This document shows, piece by piece, positions 16,800 through 21,218 of a stretch of 21,218 nucleotides of DNA. Source of the DNA: a virus. The first letter of the stretch is position 1, and every line of letters begins with the position of its first letter. The notes under the pieces are model-generated. The model had not been told where the DNA came from and made no database searches. It saw only the letters and a program-made list of their open reading frames with translations. The stretch is from IMG/VR virus record IMGVR_UViG_3300022654_000009. One strand, 5' to 3'. The position numbers and the translations under genes were made by a program.

Positions 16800-17777
16800 A
16801 TGGCAAAGGGTGTCAAGAGAAGATTAACAAAGGCAAAAGAGAGAGAATTAACAATAGAAGAAGCATTTGATGATTTCATTCAAGAGAAAGAAGCCTTGAA
16901 TAAGTCTGCCGCAACCATTAGAGGTTATACAGATAGTTTCAAGATGTGGCACAAGTACCTTGTAGTTAGTGAAATGTCACTTGATGTAAAGGATATTGAC
17001 GCAGGCTATGTTTTTTCCTTTATGAACCATAGTTTAAATGAGGAAATGAAGCCTACTTCACTTAACCACTACTTGAGGGAAATTAGAGCGTTTTTGTATT
17101 GGTGTATGGAAAAGAAGCTGTGCCAGCCCTTCAAGGTTAAGTTAGCCACAGAACAGGAAGTAGTTAAGGAAACCTACAGTGATGAAGATATGGCTAAACT
17201 GCTTACACGCCCTGCTAAAAACGCATCCTTTGTTGAATGGCGTACTTGGGCTATTGTCAACTGGATTTACGCCACAGGCAACAGAGCAGCCACAGTAACC
17301 AACATACTAATTGGTGATGTGAACTTTACAAAGCGTGAAATCTATATCAACGCCACAAAGAACAACAAAGCAATGATTATCCCACTTTCCCCAGCACTTG
17401 CTACTGTGCTTAATGAGTTTATAAGAAAGTGGAGAAGTGACGCAGAAAACACTGATTTCCTATTCTGTAATGTTGGTGAAGAACAGCTTACAGTAAATGC
17501 TTTGAAGCATAGCTTAAGAGATTACAACTTAAGTAGGGATGTAGATATAACCAGCATACACGCCTTGCGGCATACATTTGCTAAACAGTGGATTAGAAAC
17601 ACAGGTGATGTATTTAGACTTCAAAAGATGCTGGGACACTCTTCTCTTGAAATGACACGCAGATATGTTAATATGTTTAGTGAAGATTTGAAAGAGGGCT
17701 TTGAAACCTATAACCCCCTTGATAAGATGAAGAAACAGGTTAGCAGAACACAGCGAGTTAAGAGAAATGACGATTGA
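16800..17777 (+). CDS. int: Tyrosine recombinase / phage integrase
   Basis: 325 aa from the ATG at 16800 (AAAGGGG SD). Catalytic signature ATGNRAAT (R), IHALRHTFA (HxxR), LGHSSLEMTRRYV (H..Y). Adjacent to the tRNA fragment. Confidence 0.9.
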   Translation: MAKGVKRRLTKAKERELTIEEAFDDFIQEKEALNKSAATIRGYTDSFKMWHKYLVVSEMSLDVKDIDAGYVFSFMNHSLNEEMKPTSLNHYLREIRAFLYWCMEKKLCQPFKVKLATEQEVVKETYSDEDMAKLLTRPAKNASFVEWRTWAIVNWIYATGNRAATVTNILIGDVNFTKREIYINATKNNKAMIIPLSPALATVLNEFIRKWRSDAENTDFLFCNVGEEQLTVNALKHSLRDYNLSRDVDITSIHALRHTFAKQWIRNTGDVFRLQKMLGHSSLEMTRRYVNMFSEDLKEGFETYNPLDKMKKQVSRTQRVKRNDD

Positions 17778-17817
17778 AAAAAAGGCTTGCGGTTTGATTG
17801 CCGCAAGCCCTTTTTTT
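17777..17817. terminator. Bidirectional rho-independent terminator between the convergent int and leftward operon
   Basis: A7 run, GGCTTGCGG (17784..17792) pairing with CCGCAAGCC (17801..17809), then a T7 run. Confidence 0.8.
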
Positions 17818-18046
17818 ATTCATCTTCTTCATCGCTGTAGTAAGAAAAATACCCATCATCATCAGCAAAGGTATCTTCAAACTTTTTCAGCATTTCCCTA
17901 TGCTTATCATACAGAGCATCAAAGGTATCATAAAACCTATCATCATCACAATCGTGCCACATATTCAGCAAATACTCAACAGGTGACATATTAGCAGCTT
18001 TTGCTTCAGCTTCTACAACCAAAAGCATAGACTTATCAATAGGCAT
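17816..18046 (-). CDS. Hypothetical, strongly acidic protein (76 aa)
   Basis: About 22 D/E against about 8 K/R/H. C-terminus is DDDGYFSYYSDEEDE. AAGTGGGG SD-like sequence upstream. Second gene of the leftward operon. Confidence 0.6.
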   Translation of the reverse strand: MPIDKSMLLVVEAEAKAANMSPVEYLLNMWHDCDDDRFYDTFDALYDKHREMLKKFEDTFADDDGYFSYYSDEEDE

Positions 18047-18064
18047 AACTAAAACCCCACTTCT

Positions 18065-18397
18065 TTATTCACCAATAGCTTCAAAAGCGGCAGCAAACAG
18101 GGATTTACGCTTTGCTTCACGCTTTGCTTTTTCAGCAGCTTTTCTTGCTTCTGCGTTCTGCTTACCAACAGGCACATATGCGAGGAACTTCTTAAGGTAT
18201 TCAGCACGAACTTCAACGATAGACAGGTTAACAGTCGTGGTTTCGCCTGTTTCCTTGTTAACACGCTCTTTGGTTTCAACGCTCTTATCTTCCAGCCAAC
18301 GCAGAGCGGTTTTATCCTTGCGTTCTACAGCATCCTGTACCAAATCTTCCCACTTCAGCTTACGAATAGCTTCCTGATTAGTAATATCAATAGCCAT
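18065..18397 (-). CDS. Hypothetical protein with basic Ala/Lys/Arg-rich C-terminal tail (110 aa); sits in the repressor position
   Basis: AAGGGGG SD. C-terminal tail KQNAEARKAAEKAKREAKRKS. First gene downstream of a near-consensus minus-strand promoter, divergent from the early rightward genes. Confidence 0.65.
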   Translation of the reverse strand: MAIDITNQEAIRKLKWEDLVQDAVERKDKTALRWLEDKSVETKERVNKETGETTTVNLSIVEVRAEYLKKFLAYVPVGKQNAEARKAAEKAKREAKRKSLFAAAFEAIGE

Positions 18398-18428
18398 TGT
18401 GAAACCCCCTTATATTTAGTTAATTCTT

Positions 18429-18457
18429 ATTATAAGCACAATAACAAAAAAAGTCAA
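18429..18457 (-). promoter_or_regulatory. Near-consensus sigma-A promoter TTGACT-17-TATAAT (minus strand)
   Basis: The reverse complement reads TTGACT (18457..18452), 17 nt spacer, TATAAT (18434..18429). Confidence 0.6.
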
Positions 18458-18642
18458 TAACTCGGGAAGAAAAAGCCTGTAACATTAGCAAGTATCGTAA
18501 CATCTATACTGTAAGTAAGAATTACTTGCTATGAAAGTAATGACTTTCCATCGCTCACCCTAAAGTGCTTGGGTAAGGGGCTGAATATCAATAGAGGGAT
18601 AGCAAAGCAACGAATATATTTTAGGGATAGCTATTGGAATAT

Positions 18643-18666
18643 AAAAACGCCTTAACAGGCGTTTTT
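18643..18666. terminator. Bidirectional terminator-like hairpin inside the intergenic region
   Basis: AAAAACGCCT-taac-AGGCGTTTTT. Confidence 0.5.
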
Positions 18667-18667
18667 A

Positions 18668-18695
18668 TTAGGAATTTTTCGGGCAAGGGTAGATA
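18668..18695 (+). promoter_or_regulatory. Candidate promoter TTAGGA-16-TAGATA sharing a conserved block with 226..254
   Basis: TTTCGGGC (18677..18684) and GGTAGATAA (18688..18696) match TTTCGGGC (232..239) and GGTTAGATAA (246..255). Confidence 0.35.
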
Positions 18696-18843
18696 AAGTA
18701 TTAACCAGATTTTCTATATATAGTGAAGGCGAAAGCCATTTTATTCACATCCTTCTTTCTATGTAGGGTGGGTTAGCTACCCACCCTGATATTTTTTTAT
18801 CAGTAGAAAGTTAGGATAATACATAGAAAAGAGGTTATTTAAA

Positions 18844-19227
18844 ATGAATACAGTACCAAATCAAGAGGTAGCAACTATAAACAAAGCCCAATGTGATAAA
18901 CAGAACATCTACGCTATGATAAACATAGAAGCAATCAGTATGGCTATGAAAGACTTAACACCAGCACAGTTTGAAGTATGGCTATACTTTGCTAAAAATC
19001 AAGCAGGATATACATTTGCTGTTAGTCCTGCCGCTGCTTTACAGGAATTTGGGATTAAGAAAGATACATTCCAAAAGGCTAAACAGATACTAAAGGAAAA
19101 AGGTTATTTAGTACCTGATACAGAAAAAGGTTCAAATTATTGGATATTTAGAGAGATACCAGAAGATAAGATTGAATATATTACAAAAGTAGATGTAGCG
19201 TCAACCAGACAAAATTTCATTTTTTGA
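18844..19227 (+). CDS. Winged-helix DNA-binding protein; candidate replication initiator / iteron-binding protein
   Basis: 127 aa. AAGAGG SD. LTPAQFEVWLYFAKNQAGYTFAVSPAAALQEFGIKKDTFQKAKQILKEKGYLV has the wHTH pattern seen in Rep/DnaD-like organisers. The iterons start 12 nt after its stop. Confidence 0.5.
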   Translation: MNTVPNQEVATINKAQCDKQNIYAMINIEAISMAMKDLTPAQFEVWLYFAKNQAGYTFAVSPAAALQEFGIKKDTFQKAKQILKEKGYLVPDTEKGSNYWIFREIPEDKIEYITKVDVASTRQNFIF

Positions 19228-19238
19228 TTGCCGACTTA

Positions 19239-19380
19239 CCTATATGAGAATATCATATAGGGTAAATAACACCCTATATGAAAAAACCATATACCTATAG
19301 GAAAAAACCAGATAGCTATATGAAAAAACCATATAGGGTATATGAGAAAACCATATAGGGTATATGATTTTTCCAGATAG
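19239..19380. repeat. Iteron array: about 6 copies of (C)CTATATGA-A5-CCATATAGG at 21-22-bp phasing; candidate origin or operator array
   Basis: Units start near 19240, 19274, 19295, 19316, 19338 and 19360. Each unit is an inverted pair CTATATG/CATATAG around an A-tract. An AT-rich stretch follows at 19381..19440. Confidence 0.7.
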
Positions 19381-19440
19381 AAATAATACATATAATACAA
19401 TAGAATACACTTATAAAACACTTTATAATACATTTAAAAA

Positions 19441-19499
19441 CCCTCTAACAGTTACGGGGCTTACAGCCCCTACACAGTTAGGGGGTTTTTATTTTTTTC
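19441..19499 (+). terminator. Strong compound terminator
   Basis: CCCTCTAAC (19441..19449) pairs with GTTAGGGGG (19477..19485). Inner hairpin GGGGC-ttaca-GCCCC. Followed by TTTTTATTTTTTT. Confidence 0.7.
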
Positions 19500-19519
19500 T
19501 TTTTAAAAATTTTCTTCAT

Positions 19520-19548
19520 TTGACTTTGATAAAATTTTTTAGTATTAT
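19520..19548 (+). promoter_or_regulatory. Promoter P1, TTGACT-17-TATTAT
   Basis: Exact 17-nt spacer containing ATAAAATTTTTT. Paralogous to the promoters at 20324 and 20683. Confidence 0.55.
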
Positions 19549-19590
19549 ATTATTGAAGAATACCCACATAATTGATTTGAGGTGTTAGCT

Positions 19591-20025
19591 ATGGGAATGA
19601 GGTTAAGGAAGTCAATTAAGGTTGGTAAACACGCCAGAATTAATATTAGCAAAAGCGGCATAGGTGGTAGTGTTGGTGTTAAGGGTGCCAGAATTACCAA
19701 AACCACGAATGGAAGAACTCGTAAAACTGTATCTATTCCCGGCACAGGTGTTAGCTATGTAAGCGAAAGCGGCAGCCGCAAACATTCAAGCAGTAGAAGC
19801 ACTAAAACATATAATGGCAATCCTAACCCCCCTATTGTTTATGGTGTTGCTGGTACTATTGGCTACATTGCCAGTATAGTTTGCTTGCTTGCTGGTTTGC
19901 TGTTTGTAATTGCTTCTTTGTCTTTTGGTTGGGTGTTTGTCGCTCTTGGCGTTATCTTTTTCTTTGTTGGCAAATCCAATAGGAAAAAGTACAGAGGTAT
20001 GAAGAATGAAGTATTACAGGATTGA
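19591..20025 (+). CDS. DUF4236-domain membrane protein
   Basis: 144 aa from the ATG at 19591 (GAGGTG 8 nt upstream). N-terminus MGMRLRKSIKVGKHARINISKSGIGGSVGVKGARITK..SIPGTGVSYV matches the DUF4236 signature. Two C-terminal TM helices. Confidence 0.75.
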   Translation: MGMRLRKSIKVGKHARINISKSGIGGSVGVKGARITKTTNGRTRKTVSIPGTGVSYVSESGSRKHSSSRSTKTYNGNPNPPIVYGVAGTIGYIASIVCLLAGLLFVIASLSFGWVFVALGVIFFFVGKSNRKKYRGMKNEVLQD

Positions 20026-20248
20026 TAGAACAGGTGTAGATACTGAAAAAGCACTTGTGAAAGCATTTGATGTATTAGATGCTTCACGCCTTGATAAAGA
20101 TGCTTTGATTGCTTACTACTATTTTCTTTCACACGATAGTGTAACAAGGATTAACCACATCAAACATATTTCAATAGATACAGTGATTAGAAGATTGATT
20201 GAAGTACAGCTAATTACATTGGATGATATTACAATAAGACTAATATAA
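20006..20248 (+). CDS. Small hypothetical protein (80 aa), paralogue of 20754..20990, wH-like
   Basis: AGAGG SD 8 nt upstream. 20-nt overlap with the DUF4236 gene. The C-terminal half aligns by eye with the 78-aa protein. Confidence 0.6.
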   Translation: MKYYRIDRTGVDTEKALVKAFDVLDASRLDKDALIAYYYFLSHDSVTRINHIKHISIDTVIRRLIEVQLITLDDITIRLI

Positions 20249-20258
20249 CACACCTGAT

Positions 20259-20292
20259 AGTGCTGTTGTCAAATTGGCAACAGCACTTTTTT
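20259..20292 (+). terminator. Rho-independent terminator
   Basis: AGTGCTGTTG (20259..20268) pairs with CAACAGCACT (20278..20287), followed by TTTTTT. Confidence 0.75.
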
Positions 20293-20323
20293 GTTTATGT
20301 GTTCTACTTGAATATTCCCTTAT

Positions 20324-20352
20324 TTGATAATTATAAAAATTTTTGTTATAAT
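20324..20352 (+). promoter_or_regulatory. Promoter P2, TTGATA-17-TATAAT
   Basis: Exact 17-nt spacer ATTATAAAAATTTTTGT. Confidence 0.55.
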
Positions 20353-20369
20353 ATTTATAGAAAGTAAAT

Positions 20370-20416
20370 CAGGGCAAAAGTAGTAAATGATTATATATGT
20401 ATTTCCATATATAATA
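20370..20416 (+). repeat. Bipartite repeat, copy X (CAGGGCAAAAGTAGTAAAT ... TTTCCATATATAATA)
   Basis: Same two boxes with the same 33-nt offset as copy Y at 20995..21041. Box 2 contains TATAAT at 20410..20415, 22 nt before the ATG at 20438. Confidence 0.5.
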
Positions 20417-20437
20417 TCACATAGAAAGGGTGTTTAT

Positions 20438-20647
20438 ATGAATAAACTTGAATTGTTGTATAACCTAATTGATACACTTAAACAAGGTGAAACTGATGGT
20501 GCTATGTTAGTCAATCTAACATTGATACAAAACTTATGCTGTGTTGATTTCTATGATGTAGTTAACGATAACATAGAAACAATTATTGATAATGACTTAC
20601 CAGCAGAAGCTATTCTACCTATGTACTATGGAAATATGACTAATTGA
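20438..20647 (+). CDS. Hypothetical acidic protein (69 aa)
   Basis: AAAGGGTG SD before the ATG at 20438. 11 D/E against 2 K. The track start at 20387 lacks an SD. Confidence 0.6.
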   Translation: MNKLELLYNLIDTLKQGETDGAMLVNLTLIQNLCCVDFYDVVNDNIETIIDNDLPAEAILPMYYGNMTN

Positions 20648-20682
20648 TAGTATTATCAAATATAGCTTGAAAGATTGCTTAT

Positions 20683-20711
20683 TTGAAAAATATAAAAAAT
20701 TTTGATATAAT
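20683..20711 (+). promoter_or_regulatory. Promoter P3, TTGAAA-17-TATAAT
   Basis: Exact 17-nt spacer AATATAAAAAATTTTGA. Confidence 0.55.
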
Positions 20712-20753
20712 ATATATGTAAGGTAAAGAAATCAATGAAAGGAATACTAATTT

Positions 20754-20990
20754 ATGTATCTAATTAACAGCAGTAATATCAAAGACAAGACTAAAAGCAT
20801 TAATTTCGCTATTTCTTACTTCAACAGCAGCAATACAACATTAATGAGAGTTTATATATATCTGTTGGTAAATAGCAAACTATACAGAGTGCCACATATT
20901 AAAGATAACACTTTACAGGTAGTGCTAAACGAATTAATTGATTGTGGTTTTATAAACATTGATAACGACACTATTACATTATTGAGATAA
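20754..20990 (+). CDS. Small hypothetical protein (78 aa), paralogue of 20006..20248, wH-like
   Basis: PHIKDNTLQVVLNELIDCGFINIDNDTITLL aligns with NHIKHISIDTVIRRLIEVQLITLDDITIRL. Confidence 0.55.
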   Translation: MYLINSSNIKDKTKSINFAISYFNSSNTTLMRVYIYLLVNSKLYRVPHIKDNTLQVVLNELIDCGFINIDNDTITLLR

Positions 20991-20994
20991 CCAA

Positions 20995-21041
20995 CAGGGC
21001 AAAGTATGTAAATCAATTAAAGCAATTTTCCATATATAATA
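20995..21041 (+). repeat. Bipartite repeat, copy Y (CAGGGCAAAGTATGTAAAT ... TTTTCCATATATAATA)
   Basis: See copy X. It lies upstream of the long rightward gene string that begins with the 48-aa ORF. Confidence 0.5.
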
Positions 21042-21091
21042 GCGGCAATGAAACCGCTATAAAATACACTATAAAAAGTGTGATAATCCAT

Positions 21092-21218
21092 AATATTTCA
21101 ATGTATATTGGGGCGGTTATTACAGCCGCCCCACATCTTATTAAAAAGGGGATTTGATTAAAATGGAAAAGACTTTAAGAGAATTAGAGCGTGAAGCCTT
21201 ATTACTTGCTTTTGGTAA
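21092..21218. repeat. Terminal direct repeat, copy 2; includes a truncated second copy of the 72..218 ORF starting at 21163
   Basis: Identical to 1..127. The window ends inside the duplicated ORF. Confidence 0.95.

Larger units (their letters stand above)
1..21091. mobile_element. Complete circularly closed temperate siphovirus-like phage genome, unit length 21,091 bp
   Basis: Exact 127-bp identity between 1..127 and 21092..21218. The window contains a full packaging/head/tail/lysis module plus integrase, attP-like tRNA fragment and an iteron region. Confidence 0.8.

Noticed and set aside
17767-17994. Plus-strand ORFs 17767..17994 and 17798..17986, and minus-strand ORF 18049..18279.
   Set aside because: They overlap the better-supported minus-strand genes 17816..18046 and 18065..18397 (SD present, sensible composition). 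They also start within or across the bidirectional terminator, and their His/Ile-rich or Leu/Lys-rich composition is implausible.
19239-19380. CRISPR array, or coding ORFs (19236..19433 minus strand, 19364..19588 plus strand), across the repeat region.
   Set aside because: The repeat period is only 21-22 bp with no unique spacers, and the units overlap as palindromes, so this is not CRISPR. The two ORFs translate the repeats into low-complexity Y/F/I-rich peptides, lack an SD, and run through a terminator and a promoter.
19545-20147. Minus-strand ORFs 19545..19745 and 19863..20147, opposite the DUF4236 gene.
   Set aside because: They are shadow ORFs of a gene with a clear domain signature, and they have no SD or promoter on that strand.

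Overview
The window holds one complete copy of a small circular tailed-phage genome with a unit length of 21,091 bp. An exact 127-bp overlap follows it (1..127 = 21092..21218), which most likely marks assembly closure of a circle. The host is probably a Bacillota (Firmicutes) member, given low GC, strong GGAGG-type Shine-Dalgarno sites, near-perfect TTGACA-17-TATAAT promoters, a BhlA-type holin and a PBSX-type terminase. All genes are on the + strand unless noted. In order: small ORF; structured leader plus PD-(D/E)xK nuclease; tiny membrane ORF; terS; small ORF; terL; two unknown ORFs; portal; Mu-F/gp7 minor head protein; scaffold; major capsid; four head-tail joining proteins; major tail protein; G/GT chaperone pair with an A_AAA_AAC -1 frameshift site; tape measure; three tail-tip/receptor-binding proteins; BhlA-like holin. 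Next comes an attP region carrying the 3' part of a tRNA-Lys(CUU) gene, flanked by two perfect consensus promoters and repeated AATCAGGGTGTC sites, followed by a tyrosine integrase. A two-gene leftward (minus-strand) operon sits behind a bidirectional terminator. A 445-bp switch-like intergenic region leads into a winged-helix gene followed by a 21-22-bp iteron array and an AT-rich tract, which is a candidate origin. Last are three paralogous promoter/small-gene cassettes encoding a DUF4236 membrane protein, two paralogous approx. 80-aa proteins and an acidic 69-aa protein. No endolysin, CI/Cro-type HTH repressor, helicase/primase or polymerase is recognisable by eye. All functional calls rest on motif recognition by eye and on synteny, because no database search was possible.
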